Origin: a virus
Lineage: Duplodnaviria > Caudoviricetes
DNA: 64,000 nucleotides
Strand: one strand, 5' to 3'
Virus record (IMG/VR): IMGVR_UViG_3300037313_001148
Location: 26,670 to 90,669 of that record
The translations under genes and the position numbers were made by a program. Within the stretch, counting starts at the first letter, position 1, and each line of letters opens with the position of its first letter. Of this stretch, positions 9,244 to 19,045 are shown piece after piece. The notes under the pieces were generated by a model. The model was given only the letters and a program-made list of their open reading frames with translations, was not told the origin of the DNA and made no database searches.

Positions 9244-9549
9244 ATGTTTGAGTTCTTTCATAAGCTAATTCACAAGGGGTACACCCCCAAGGATCCTCCC
9301 CGGTACACCAAGAATTCCAACGGTGGATTGACACCCTCCGCGAAATTCGATCTCAGTAGATCAGAGTATGCTGATCTAATCTCTCTTCCAAAGGATGTGC
9401 CTGGAACCAACTGTTCAAATTGTCTTTACATCAACAACGGTATCTGTCATAATTCGCGGCTCTATGGAATTCAAGTAAACGAACGTATGTGTTGTATTTA
9501 TTGGGACCACGAAGGATCGATTCGTCCCTGGGAGGACATCGATGGCTGA
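9244..9549 (+). CDS. small four-Cys protein (HiPIP-like spacing)
   Basis: GGAAGGAGG SD; CSNCLY...C...CCIYW. Confidence 0.55.
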   Translation: MFEFFHKLIHKGYTPKDPPRYTKNSNGGLTPSAKFDLSRSEYADLISLPKDVPGTNCSNCLYINNGICHNSRLYGIQVNERMCCIYWDHEGSIRPWEDIDG

Positions 9550-9925
9550 CGCTCCATTGAAAGCGGCTTCTGGAGTCGATCTCTTTGACAAGACGGAGGC
9601 TGCCCCTGGACTGGTGAACGTGGATGCACATGTTCATTCCGCCGGGATGGGGCCTCCCAACGTTACGCCTCACACCTTCCGGTTTGCCTGTCCGTCGTGC
9701 GGCAAGGTCAATGTTCTCGAGGTTACGGCAGACATTCTAATTGTCGCATATATCATCGGAACAAAACTTCTCCATATTGATTCCCTCAGCCTTCTCAAGC
9801 CGATCATTACGACGTGTTGCGGCTGGAAGGGCATGCTGACCGCCGGCCAGTTCATTGCGGAGCCACAAGCCGCCCCTGTTGTTGTTTCTGAGTCGTCTCC
9901 TCCCCAAGAACCTTCTCAAGTATAG
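9542..9925 (+). CDS. Zn-ribbon hypothetical protein
   Basis: CPSC...CCGW; overlaps the previous stop. Confidence 0.6.
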   Translation: MADAPLKAASGVDLFDKTEAAPGLVNVDAHVHSAGMGPPNVTPHTFRFACPSCGKVNVLEVTADILIVAYIIGTKLLHIDSLSLLKPIITTCCGWKGMLTAGQFIAEPQAAPVVVSESSPPQEPSQV

Positions 9926-9935
9926 GAGTTTAACC

Positions 9936-10220
9936 ATGTCTGTCAGAGCGAAGTTTAGTGTTTCTTCTATCACATGGAGAATGGGCACCGGAAAAACTGG
10001 CCAAAAAGACGATCATGGCCGAGATATCTATGGTCCATGCAGGATGGCTACAATTGAGATGCATCCGGTTTACGGCAATGGCGACCCCAGCCACGAGAAC
10101 ACGAAGCTCTGGAATGCTTCCCCTGGAGGCAAACTTGAACTGAACTGCGTCAATGTGGCGACTGTCGAGCAATTCGAGCTTGACCGAGAATACTACATCG
10201 ACTTCACGCCTGCACCTTGA
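9936..10220 (+). CDS. conserved small phage protein
   Basis: AGGAG SD; MSVRAKF...ENTKLWNASPGG...EYYIDF pattern. Confidence 0.75.
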   Translation: MSVRAKFSVSSITWRMGTGKTGQKDDHGRDIYGPCRMATIEMHPVYGNGDPSHENTKLWNASPGGKLELNCVNVATVEQFELDREYYIDFTPAP

Positions 10221-10256
10221 GCATTCACTAACAAATTGAGAGATTGAGAATTTCTT

Positions 10257-10757
10257 ATGTCGTCCCACCGTCCGATCATCTTGGGGCTGGACGGCCAGCC
10301 TCTTTTCAAGTCCTTCGCCCAAGTCTCGGCCGCAAAGAATCCGGACGGATCGGTGACGATCCCACGTCCCAAGCTTCCACAAATCCAGAAGAAAGTCATG
10401 GAAGACTTCTTCACTTTTATGAAGGAAGGCGCGACTTCGCCTCGCGATCAAGAAGAGAGGTTGACCAGTGACAATCCTCTCCTGTTCTTCCTTCGCGATC
10501 AGATTTTCGAGGGAATTAATCAGGCTTCACGGATGCGCCAGGCAGCAGGCAAGACGCCAGATATTCCACGAGGACAAGCGATGTTGATGGTATGGGAGGC
10601 GATGCTAGCCACCTACACGGTCCTTGACCTTCAGCTTTCCTTTGACGCTTACACATTAACACAACAGGAGATGAACAAAAATGCCTTACAAGATCAAGAG
10701 GCTGGGGAACGGGAAGTTCAAGGTGATAAACAAGGAAACAGGCAAGGAATACTCTAA
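10257..10757 (+). CDS. hypothetical protein
   Basis: 166 aa ORF in the operon. Confidence 0.65.
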   Translation: MSSHRPIILGLDGQPLFKSFAQVSAAKNPDGSVTIPRPKLPQIQKKVMEDFFTFMKEGATSPRDQEERLTSDNPLLFFLRDQIFEGINQASRMRQAAGKTPDIPRGQAMLMVWEAMLATYTVLDLQLSFDAYTLTQQEMNKNALQDQEAGEREVQGDKQGNRQGIL

Positions 10758-10829
10758 GAAACCTCAGACTCTTGAGATGGCGAAGAAACAACTCGCGGCC
10801 CTGGAAATCCACGCACCAGATAAATAATC

Positions 10830-11213
10830 ATGAAAATCTTCATGTGTGCAAATTACGGGGAAAACTCCCATTTCCTCGATCTCATGATCTATACCCGGCT
10901 GGCCCGAACGGTGCCAGCCGGTTGCACGTCCCTGGAAGACGTTGGTCGCTCGCTCAATGGCGCCCAGTTAACGCTTCAGAACCGGGCGAAGCTGATGGGC
11001 GAAACAAAAAGAAATCCAAATCTCTCAATATTAGTCGATTATAATGCATTATGCCTTCTCGCTTCCATTCCCGGAGTCGGACGGGACGGCCTCATTCTCG
11101 GATTCCCCGTCCATGACATCCGAGATCTTCCCGAGATGACTTCCAGCCACAACTTTCAGATGATCGCTGCCACTCTCTCGGAAGCCCTTGCCAAAAATCC
11201 CGCGACAAGCTAG
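10830..11213 (+). CDS. hypothetical protein
   Basis: 127 aa ORF directly before the portal. Confidence 0.6.
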   Translation: MKIFMCANYGENSHFLDLMIYTRLARTVPAGCTSLEDVGRSLNGAQLTLQNRAKLMGETKRNPNLSILVDYNALCLLASIPGVGRDGLILGFPVHDIRDLPEMTSSHNFQMIAATLSEALAKNPATS

Positions 11214-11266
11214 CCTTGAAGTTTAACCATTCAATCCTGAAAATACTTGAAAAAAGCACATAAAAC

Positions 11267-14200
11267 ATGGACGCGATCACATCAAGTGTTGTAGATACAA
11301 ATTCGCTCCATGAACAGCCTCAATCGCGGGCCGTAGCCGAAAGCGCCTTACTTGCGGCGGCGCAAGCCCTGCGCAATATCGCCGAGAACAAGAATCAAGA
11401 CCCTTACGGCCAAATCCTCTCCCAGCAAAAAGATTACTTGGTCCCACACCAATTCACTTACGCATCCGTTTGGAATTGGTATCAAAAATATTATTATAAT
11501 TACTTCGACGAATCTTTAATTAACTCTCAACAAAACTCTCTGGCCATGTGGAGGGATGGACTTACTTGTGAACTTCACTGGCATCGAACGCTGCCTACCA
11601 TGTCCCTGCCGTCCACGGTCGAAGTAGACGATGAGGACGATCAGGATCAGGTCAAGATCAAGAAACAAGCCCAGCAAATCATCGACAGACTTCCATATTT
11701 TCAAAATCTGAAACAACAACTCCTCCAGGCGATTTTCTTCGGCAAGAGCGGGTCACAGTTCCTCTACCACCACAAGAAGATTGCCGGCAAGGATCGGTTT
11801 ACCGTCCGGTCGCACATTCCCATCCAGGGCGATAAAATCGTTTATGGGTGGTCCGAAGGGAATGACGAGATCCCCGGAGTCTTTGTATATCGCACGTCGC
11901 CGATGTTCAAAGATCCGGAGATGAAAAAACATCTTCGATTTCTTGATAAAGGGCCGGCGTTCTTCCTGGAGAATCCGTATCACCGCGACCAGTTCATCAT
12001 CCACAATTTCAACCCGACCGATTCTGATTATTTATTTGAGTCTGAGAAAGCCCTGATGATCCACGGCCGGGGCATGCGTGATGCCCTGTACTGGACGTGG
12101 AACATGCGGGCCGAACTTCTCGGCTGGGATCTCAATGCCCTTCAGCGGGTCGGCGCGAATGGGATGTTGTATGCGTTCTTCCAATCAGGGGACGACGCCT
12201 CGAAAAATGCAGTTCTGGATGCATTGATGTCTCTAATTCAATATAACGTTGCCGCTTTTCCCAAGAATTTCGGCGACGGCTCCGGCGACATCATTCAGAG
12301 GATTGATCCGTCTCAAGTCGGCTACGACGTTCTCTATCAACTTATCACGCATCTAGAAGAGATCATGCGTAGGTGCTACCTGGGACAAAACCTCTCATCC
12401 CAGTCAGCACCGACCGGCCTCGGTAGCGGCGTGGCCGATCTTCAGGCTGGCACATTTCAGAACATCGTTCTGTTCGACGCCGGCTGTCTCTCTGAATGCA
12501 TCGACGACCAGTTATTTCAGAATATTATCAAATACAATCTATGGGAATACCACGGCAAGGTCTATCGAGGCTCGGACCTGCCATTCTCGATGCGGTACAA
12601 GATCCAAGTTGAGCGAGAGAATGTTAAAGAGTTGATTGATGCCGCCGCCACCCTGATTCAGATGGGCGTTCCGCTTGACGTTGAAGATCTTCGAGACAAG
12701 GCCGGCTTTGTGGCTCCGAAGACCAAGGCAACCACGGTAGCCATGCCTGGAGGGCAGTCAGGCGGCGTGGATAATCAACACGTTCTCACGTCAGAACACA
12801 AATCGGCACCCGGAAGCGGCGGTCAATCTCAGTCGCGGCCCGACACTCCCCTTTCTCCGTCGTCCTCTTTGCCCGCGAAGCGGGCAACTCAACCTGAGCA
12901 ATTTGCCGCCAACGAAACAACAGGCTATTATAACTTCACTCCATCCGAGCGGATCGGCTACGAGTTGGCGAACATGGGCGGGGATCTCGCTCTTGGCGGC
13001 TGGTATCACTCTTCGACCCGGCGGGCCTGGGTGTCGATTTCGCCTCACACGCCGATCGACAAGATTCGCCAGCTTGGCAACGCGCTCGAGCAAATCGTCG
13101 GCCCTGACAAGTGGAAGATCGTCGTCGAAACTCCGCCCTCCGGGCCTGGATGGCAAAAGGTTTCAACAGATGAATTTATCATCGAACCAGAATGGTTCTC
13201 AAAGGAGAACTGCGGGACTGGAGCGGGAGGATTCCAGTCAGGGAACACCTGCGCGAAGACGAGAAGCAACGAAGAAAATCGCTCGAGACTAAAGGACTTC
13301 TCCGGATGGCTTTCTCCCGAAGGGAAGCTCCTGATTCACGCTGGTTCTCACGGAAAGACCCTTCGTGATTACGGGGTGAACGTTTCGCCAAACCGCGCGT
13401 TGAACGAGGGTTATACATGGATGAATCAAAGTGGGAGCACGCTCTACGTCGAAGTTCATCATTCCAGGGTCAGCAAGGTCAAATCTTCTCTTGAAGACCT
13501 GCTTAACGAAAACGTCAAATCTGTAATCATCGAAGTTTTCGGAGATTCTGGAAAGAAAACTAAAGAATTTAACTTCTCGTTTAAAAATGGATTCTTGCAT
13601 GACGATCTGGAAAAGTTTGCCAAGGATCGCGGCGAGGATCCTGGAGTAATGATCGCCCTGACTCTTCATCCCGACCTTGCCCGCCAGCTTGCTCTGAAGG
13701 ACGGCGAAGACCCCTCAGATTTCCACATCACCCTAGCTTACCTAGGTCGCGTATCTTCGATCGGCCAAGAGGCGGTTGAGATGGTGCACAAAGTTTGCGA
13801 GCTTCTGGCATTAAATTCTGAGCCTCTACGCGGCTCCGTGGGGGGCGTTGGACGTTTTCCGGCCTCAGATTCGTCGGACGGCAAGGATGTCGTATACGCG
13901 GGCGTGGACGTTCCTCGATTGACCGATTTTCGGGCCGAACTGACCCATGTTCTCGGCCTGGCCAAAGTCCCCTACAAGGCCAACCACGGATTTACGCCTC
14001 ACATCACGCTTAAATACATCGACAAACAAGAAGACATGCCAGTCTCCCGGATCGGCTCGTTCCCGGCTGAGTTCCTTTCCCTTGATCTTTACGTGGGGGA
14101 CGAGGTTACTTCCTACTCTTTCTCGGAGTATAGCGGTCCTGGCCGGGAGAATTTCGAGCCTAATCCTTGCGGGGATACGAAGGGCGGTTTTCAGCCTCAC

Positions 14201-14827
14201 AACACCTGTGCTAAGAGTGGTGGCGATTCTCGCAAAAACCCCCCAAAGCTTGACCCTCAGCATCCGTCGTTCAACGAAGAAGACGAGTCTGTGTTCGCTT
14301 TGGAAGAAAAGTCCGAAGCGTGGTTTAACGATCTCGGTAAAGATGAAAAACATGCAATAAGAGAATATATTCATTCAATGGATTATAAGGAGGTTGGCAA
14401 GAGGTTTCGATCCGGGGACACGACCAAAGAGGACATAGCTTTGGTCGATGCGATCAAATCGGCTCCGATCACAGACAAGATTGCGTGGCGTGGCCTGGAC
14501 AGCGAATTCGGAGGAACCCGGAATGAACTAAAAGACAAGATGAGGAATTCCATTGGACAGGTTCTCGAGTGGAAAGCCCCGACTTCCGCCTCTCTGTCCG
14601 AAAGAATTGCCGGGACATTCGGTGACGTACTATTTAAGATTGTAAGCAATAATGGAAGATATATAAACCAGGCAAGCCCGACATTATACAAAGAAGAGAA
14701 AGAGGTAATGTTCCTCCCCGGTTCCAAGTTTAAGGTGACTGACGTTAGAGAGGATGTAGTTTTTGACAATGATATGTTTGGTTCTAAAAATTTTGTTGTT
14801 TTACTGAAGGATGTTACCGATGAATGA
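11267..14827 (+). CDS. portal protein (Mu gp29/DUF935-like) fused to unknown domains, a 2H phosphoesterase and an ADP-ribosyltransferase
   Basis: N-terminal ~490 aa portal-like (GQNLSS...GLGSGVADLQ) placed after terL; two HITL motifs (13724, 13999); C-terminal WRG...PTSAS...EEKEV R-S-E ART motif. Confidence 0.85.
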   Translation: MDAITSSVVDTNSLHEQPQSRAVAESALLAAAQALRNIAENKNQDPYGQILSQQKDYLVPHQFTYASVWNWYQKYYYNYFDESLINSQQNSLAMWRDGLTCELHWHRTLPTMSLPSTVEVDDEDDQDQVKIKKQAQQIIDRLPYFQNLKQQLLQAIFFGKSGSQFLYHHKKIAGKDRFTVRSHIPIQGDKIVYGWSEGNDEIPGVFVYRTSPMFKDPEMKKHLRFLDKGPAFFLENPYHRDQFIIHNFNPTDSDYLFESEKALMIHGRGMRDALYWTWNMRAELLGWDLNALQRVGANGMLYAFFQSGDDASKNAVLDALMSLIQYNVAAFPKNFGDGSGDIIQRIDPSQVGYDVLYQLITHLEEIMRRCYLGQNLSSQSAPTGLGSGVADLQAGTFQNIVLFDAGCLSECIDDQLFQNIIKYNLWEYHGKVYRGSDLPFSMRYKIQVERENVKELIDAAATLIQMGVPLDVEDLRDKAGFVAPKTKATTVAMPGGQSGGVDNQHVLTSEHKSAPGSGGQSQSRPDTPLSPSSSLPAKRATQPEQFAANETTGYYNFTPSERIGYELANMGGDLALGGWYHSSTRRAWVSISPHTPIDKIRQLGNALEQIVGPDKWKIVVETPPSGPGWQKVSTDEFIIEPEWFSKENCGTGAGGFQSGNTCAKTRSNEENRSRLKDFSGWLSPEGKLLIHAGSHGKTLRDYGVNVSPNRALNEGYTWMNQSGSTLYVEVHHSRVSKVKSSLEDLLNENVKSVIIEVFGDSGKKTKEFNFSFKNGFLHDDLEKFAKDRGEDPGVMIALTLHPDLARQLALKDGEDPSDFHITLAYLGRVSSIGQEAVEMVHKVCELLALNSEPLRGSVGGVGRFPASDSSDGKDVVYAGVDVPRLTDFRAELTHVLGLAKVPYKANHGFTPHITLKYIDKQEDMPVSRIGSFPAEFLSLDLYVGDEVTSYSFSEYSGPGRENFEPNPCGDTKGGFQPHNTCAKSGGDSRKNPPKLDPQHPSFNEEDESVFALEEKSEAWFNDLGKDEKHAIREYIHSMDYKEVGKRFRSGDTTKEDIALVDAIKSAPITDKIAWRGLDSEFGGTRNELKDKMRNSIGQVLEWKAPTSASLSERIAGTFGDVLFKIVSNNGRYINQASPTLYKEEKEVMFLPGSKFKVTDVREDVVFDNDMFGSKNFVVLLKDVTDE
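12840..12887 (+). repeat. hairpin element copy 3
   Basis: ccgacactcccctttctccgtcgtcctct followed by ttgcccgc-GAA-gcgggcaa; in the portal linker. Confidence 0.9.
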
Positions 14828-15587
14828 TAACAGGCCTAGTGCCCGGCTGTTCTTTGGATCATGGGAAGAGTTTGGATTTGTCGGAACCGGGAAGGCTGAC
14901 AGCGAGGGTCCGGAGAAATTCGAGCCTGATCCATGCGGAGACGCTTCAGGCGGATTCCAAAAAGGGAACACCTGTGCCAAGGGCGGCAATCCGTCTGGCA
15001 AGCCTGCAAAGTCTCCTGCCGGCTGGGGTGACGTAGGCGGCGACGACGACCACGCCGAATCTCTCGCAAAGCGAATGAAAAATATCGACAAATTCTCACT
15101 AATCGCCGCCAAGAACGGCTTTTACTTCATGAAGAAGGGAAGCGGGTTCTACGAAGCCTACGACGCCGCACAGGGAACCGGCAAAGCGGCGACCGCCATT
15201 GCATCGTTCTACGCCAATAAAAATGCGATCATATTTAATGAAAAGAATGAATTCTACTCCGATCCCAAGGGGTACATGGAGAGAATGGGAGATACCGGCT
15301 GGTTCAGTACGAACCATGAAGATCATGTCATTGTTCACGAAATTGGACACGGCAAGCACTACAACACGGTTGGCGAGAAGCGATATCGCGAGATTAAGGC
15401 GTCGGTCATTCCCGACGACGTGCTTCCCCTGGTAAAATCGGAAGTGAGCCGTTATGCCGGCGGTAAACAGGGAAACCCGCTCGAGGTTGTGGCGGAAATG
15501 TACACGGCCATGAACCTGACCGGCAAGAAATTCAGCAATACTCTCATGAATTACTATAAATCACTAGGTGGCCCTGAATCCGATTGA
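14820..15587 (+). CDS. zincin metallopeptidase-like head-associated toxin domain protein
   Basis: HEIGH plus SRYA...NPLEVVAE; preceded by the C-x12-C motif; ATG 14820 overlaps the portal stop. Confidence 0.75.
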   Translation: MNDNRPSARLFFGSWEEFGFVGTGKADSEGPEKFEPDPCGDASGGFQKGNTCAKGGNPSGKPAKSPAGWGDVGGDDDHAESLAKRMKNIDKFSLIAAKNGFYFMKKGSGFYEAYDAAQGTGKAATAIASFYANKNAIIFNEKNEFYSDPKGYMERMGDTGWFSTNHEDHVIVHEIGHGKHYNTVGEKRYREIKASVIPDDVLPLVKSEVSRYAGGKQGNPLEVVAEMYTAMNLTGKKFSNTLMNYYKSLGGPESD

Positions 15588-15611
15588 CGATCAATCCCAG
15601 GACATGAACCT

Positions 15612-15848
15612 ATGACAATCTTTCCTCAATGCATGGTTTGCCGGCACCTTGAAAAAGGCAAGCCAATGCATTGCAAAGCGTTCCCGCGAGAAATTCCTGA
15701 CGAGATCGTTTTCAACGAATTCGATCACAGAAAGGAATTCCCTGGCGATCATGGGATTCAGTTTGAGCCGTTGCCTGGCAAACATTCTCCATTCGAGGAA
15801 TCTTCTAATGAAAAACCTTCTCGCCCTTATTCTTCTGATCGTGGCTAG
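15612..15848 (+). CDS. small Cys/His protein, probable immunity partner of the metallopeptidase
   Basis: CxxCxH...CKAFP...IP...H...GDHGIQFE pattern recalled as typically following phage head-associated peptidase domains. Confidence 0.65.
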   Translation: MTIFPQCMVCRHLEKGKPMHCKAFPREIPDEIVFNEFDHRKEFPGDHGIQFEPLPGKHSPFEESSNEKPSRPYSSDRG

Positions 15849-16008
15849 CGGCTGTTTCGTCGAAGAAACGAAGATCGAACCGCCCAAGCTTCCTGCACCT
15901 GACCAGCCGCGCCGGCGTTGCCCTGGGCCTCGCTGTCCCAAGGAACTCGGAAAGTGTCCAGTTCATGACGAAAAGGGAAACCTCCGGTCTTCCGGCGAAA
16001 TCAGTTAA
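15808..16008 (+). CDS. small Pro/Cys-rich lipoprotein
   Basis: MKNLLALILLIVASG-C signal with lipobox. Confidence 0.6.
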   Translation: MKNLLALILLIVASGCFVEETKIEPPKLPAPDQPRRRCPGPRCPKELGKCPVHDEKGNLRSSGEIS

Positions 16009-16012
16009 TCGC

Positions 16013-16294
16013 ATGTTAAAGACTTTAATCCTTCTATTGTTCCTCTCGGTTACGGGATGCACTCAGGATCAACCGGCCATTCCTCCGGTTGATCCTGTTC
16101 GCGTTCCCCATCCCTATTCATCGCCAAATCCCCGCCCTTTCCGTTGCCTCTGCGGTGATGGCTGGTGCACTGGAAACCCCTCTGTTTGGTGCCGGTGCCA
16201 GAATCGAATCTGTGTTTGCCCCGGATCTCACTATCCCTCTCCCGCTCCGCGCCCATACCGTCCCTGTCCCTCTCCGCTTCCCCGACGAAAATAA
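16013..16294 (+). CDS. small Pro/Cys-rich lipoprotein
   Basis: MLKTLILLLFLSVTG-C lipobox; CLC, CRC, CVC motifs. Confidence 0.6.
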   Translation: MLKTLILLLFLSVTGCTQDQPAIPPVDPVRVPHPYSSPNPRPFRCLCGDGWCTGNPSVWCRCQNRICVCPGSHYPSPAPRPYRPCPSPLPRRK

Positions 16295-16309
16295 TTGGGA
16301 TATTTAAAA

Positions 16310-19045
16310 ATGAAATTATCTCAACTCTTCAACTATCTATCTACGGAACCCATTCAATGCAAGACGACGGCAAGCCGAAAGACCCAGAGAAGCCTCGAGA
16401 CGTACTCCAGGGCGGCGAACAGCCCGACCCATATCCGGACGATGAGGAGATCCTTGATCGCGTCTGGAAGCGGATTGCCGAATCCAGAAACGTTCGCCAA
16501 CCAAAAGGATCCTGACAACTGCGGAACCGGCGCGGGCGGTTTCAAGCCCGGTAACACCTGCGCCAAAGGCAAAGGTTCCAAGCGGTCATTTGGTAAAACC
16601 CAACGCCCCTTCGGTGTCGCCCGCGATTACCAAAAAGAAGAAACATTCCTAAATAACACCAAACGTATCTTCGGTAAGCCGTTACCCGAAGAAGACGCAA
16701 TGTCTCTGGCCGGCATCCTTGACGGGATGTCGGTCAGATTCAGTATGTATGACGAATATTCAGGTAAAAAGTTTCTCAAACACATCGAAGTTGAAGGAAC
16801 TGATCTAGATACCCAGACATATACGCATCGAAAAATCGGTATCGATCATCGTGGTAAAAAATACATTTACAACGCAGTATTCGTTATCGATGACCCGAAC
16901 GCGCGAGGCAAAGGAATCGGCATCGAAGTTCTCGGCCGGCAAATCGAGAACGCGATCGAGCAGGGTTTCGTCTACATGGAGACGGATGCCGCCCGGCTCG
17001 ACCACGAAGATCCTAAACGTCAAATGATCGGTTACAAGGTATGGCCCAAATACGGATACGACGGAGAAATTCCCTGGGAAGAGATCGAAGACTGGAATCC
17101 TGACCTAGAAATCCCAGAAAAGTTCAGAGACATGAAAATGATCTCTGAACTTTATATGTCCAAGGAAGGCCGTGACTGGTGGGAGAAGTACGGAGGGACG
17201 GTCACTCTTCGATTCGACCTGACGGAAGGCAGTTTAAGCCGTCAAATCTGGGATGCGTACCTGGAAGAGCGTCAGAATCGGGCGCCCAAAGAGACAAGCC
17301 CCGCCATCTCCTCAGAAGAACGCCGCAAAGACGAGGAAAAAGTTCTCCAGGCACGCGCCGATATGCTCATGTATAACATGAGAAGCCCAAACTTCCTGAA
17401 ATCGATCCGCTCCGACCCTCGGACCCTCAAATCAGTTGTCCGAGAATTCCAGACCGTAAGCCACCTGATCCCGGCTGACATTGCCGACGATATTGAAGAC
17501 ATCCTAGGTCTCAAGAATTACCCCGACTCCTACTCTCGTAATCCTTGCGGCGACAGCGAAGGCGGATTCGAGAAGGGTAACACCTGCGCCGCCTCAAACT
17601 CCGGTGCGGCCGGAGGCCGCACGGTGACGACGGAGGAAAGGGCAGTGCGGGAGGGCGAACATATTAAAAGACAAGCGGATCTAATTAGAAAACTCGCGCC
17701 CAATCTCGGGGTGGGCATGAAAGGTGGCAAGTTCTTTCAGGCGGTTTTCGATCGCGAAGCCGACGACGTGATTGCCGCCTTTTACCCCGAGAAACGGACG
17801 ATCTTTTTCAATGATCTTCATCCGACATTTTGGAGTGATCCGGCCTCGGAGATGGCGCGGATTCACGACACGGGATTTCTCGGCTCGCCCGACCCCAACC
17901 ACATCGTTTATCACGAAATCGGCCACGCCAAACATTACGAGAGTGCCGGCCACGAATTCTACAACGAGATGCGGACAGAGCCGGTCGATCCAAAATATCG
18001 CGATATTATTAAAGAGCATGTATCACAATACGCAACCATGAACCCCCTGGAATTTGTTGCGGAAGTTTACGCGGGCATGATTTCAGGCATCGATTACAAT
18101 GAACGTGACCCGATGATTATGATTTACTACGACATGCTTGACGGGCCTTCCGCCGAATTTCAAGATCAAGAATCATACATCAAAACATTCAATTTCCTTC
18201 TTGAACAATTCGCCAAGTCGGCCGACAATTGCGGTGACGGCGCCGGCGGATTTAAACCAGGCAATACCTGTCAGCGCGGCAATGGCCGATTCAAACCGCC
18301 GGCCGGATCGTCAAAATCAGCCGCCAACACCCCTCCTTCTCCGTCGTCCCATTCGCGGCCGAAGGCCGCGACTTCATCCAAGTCGATTACTAAACTGCTT
18401 TCCTCTCCTCACGTCAAATCTCAAGCCAAAACTCTGGCGGGGGGAGCGGAACCTTCAATGCAGACCGAGCTTTCCTCTCGCGCGGTGACAGCCTTGAAGT
18501 TTTACAAGCCGGTAACAGGCGACAAGCGAAAATCGGCCAACGAAAAAGAACAGGAAGTGGCCTCAGCCTTGGGTGGCGAATGGCTACCAAACCACGAGCC
18601 GGCTGACGCCTTGATTCCTGTGGGGAAGCGTAAGATCGGCCTCGAGATCAAGACGATGTTCGAGAACGAGAAGGGAGAGATCCGGATCGACGATGGCGCC
18701 ATGAAGAACAAGGTCAACTGGGTTCGTCAAAAGATGTGTGATCGTTTTGACATGGTTGTCATCAATCATCAGACCGGAGAGATGTGGTATCGTCGTGGAA
18801 TCGGCAATTTCTCAATCAATTCTATGTACAAAGTTAAAGACTATAACGAACTCAAGAAATTGATCGAAGCGAAGCCGAGTAGCCTTCCTGCATCCGCCCA
18901 GTACAAGGAAGATACCGAGTATCATCGCGCGTTGACTCACGGTCCCTCTTACGCCCGCCTTCTCGAGCGTGCCGCCGCCGCCGACGCTGCCAAAAAGGCT
19001 CGTCGGGACAAGTCTCGAGCTAAAGCTAAGGAAGCAATCGTATGA
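16310..19045 (+). CDS. multidomain toxin-like polyprotein: GNAT-fold domain, zincin, PD-(D/E)XK nuclease
   Basis: RGKGIG...GYKVWPKYGY (GNAT); HEIGH...NPLEFVAE (paralog of 14820); E...EPADA...GLEIKT (REase fold); three C-x12-C motifs. Confidence 0.8.
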   Translation: MKLSQLFNYLSTEPIQCKTTASRKTQRSLETYSRAANSPTHIRTMRRSLIASGSGLPNPETFANQKDPDNCGTGAGGFKPGNTCAKGKGSKRSFGKTQRPFGVARDYQKEETFLNNTKRIFGKPLPEEDAMSLAGILDGMSVRFSMYDEYSGKKFLKHIEVEGTDLDTQTYTHRKIGIDHRGKKYIYNAVFVIDDPNARGKGIGIEVLGRQIENAIEQGFVYMETDAARLDHEDPKRQMIGYKVWPKYGYDGEIPWEEIEDWNPDLEIPEKFRDMKMISELYMSKEGRDWWEKYGGTVTLRFDLTEGSLSRQIWDAYLEERQNRAPKETSPAISSEERRKDEEKVLQARADMLMYNMRSPNFLKSIRSDPRTLKSVVREFQTVSHLIPADIADDIEDILGLKNYPDSYSRNPCGDSEGGFEKGNTCAASNSGAAGGRTVTTEERAVREGEHIKRQADLIRKLAPNLGVGMKGGKFFQAVFDREADDVIAAFYPEKRTIFFNDLHPTFWSDPASEMARIHDTGFLGSPDPNHIVYHEIGHAKHYESAGHEFYNEMRTEPVDPKYRDIIKEHVSQYATMNPLEFVAEVYAGMISGIDYNERDPMIMIYYDMLDGPSAEFQDQESYIKTFNFLLEQFAKSADNCGDGAGGFKPGNTCQRGNGRFKPPAGSSKSAANTPPSPSSHSRPKAATSSKSITKLLSSPHVKSQAKTLAGGAEPSMQTELSSRAVTALKFYKPVTGDKRKSANEKEQEVASALGGEWLPNHEPADALIPVGKRKIGLEIKTMFENEKGEIRIDDGAMKNKVNWVRQKMCDRFDMVVINHQTGEMWYRRGIGNFSINSMYKVKDYNELKKLIEAKPSSLPASAQYKEDTEYHRALTHGPSYARLLERAAAADAAKKARRDKSRAKAKEAIV
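17604..17650 (-). repeat. hairpin element, minus-strand copy
   Basis: Reverse complement ccgcactgccctttcctccgtcgtcacc followed by gtgcggcc-TCC-ggccgcac (atypical loop). Confidence 0.7.
18324..18371 (+). repeat. hairpin element copy 4
   Basis: ccaacacccctccttctccgtcgtcccat followed by tcgcggcc-GAA-ggccgcga. Confidence 0.9.

Larger units (their letters stand above)
13208..18277 (+). repeat. six copies of a C-G-x3-GGF-x2-(G/H)NTC peptide motif
   Basis: First Cys codons at 13211, 14168, 14934, 16520, 17546, 18230; second Cys exactly 39 nt later in each. Confidence 0.9.
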
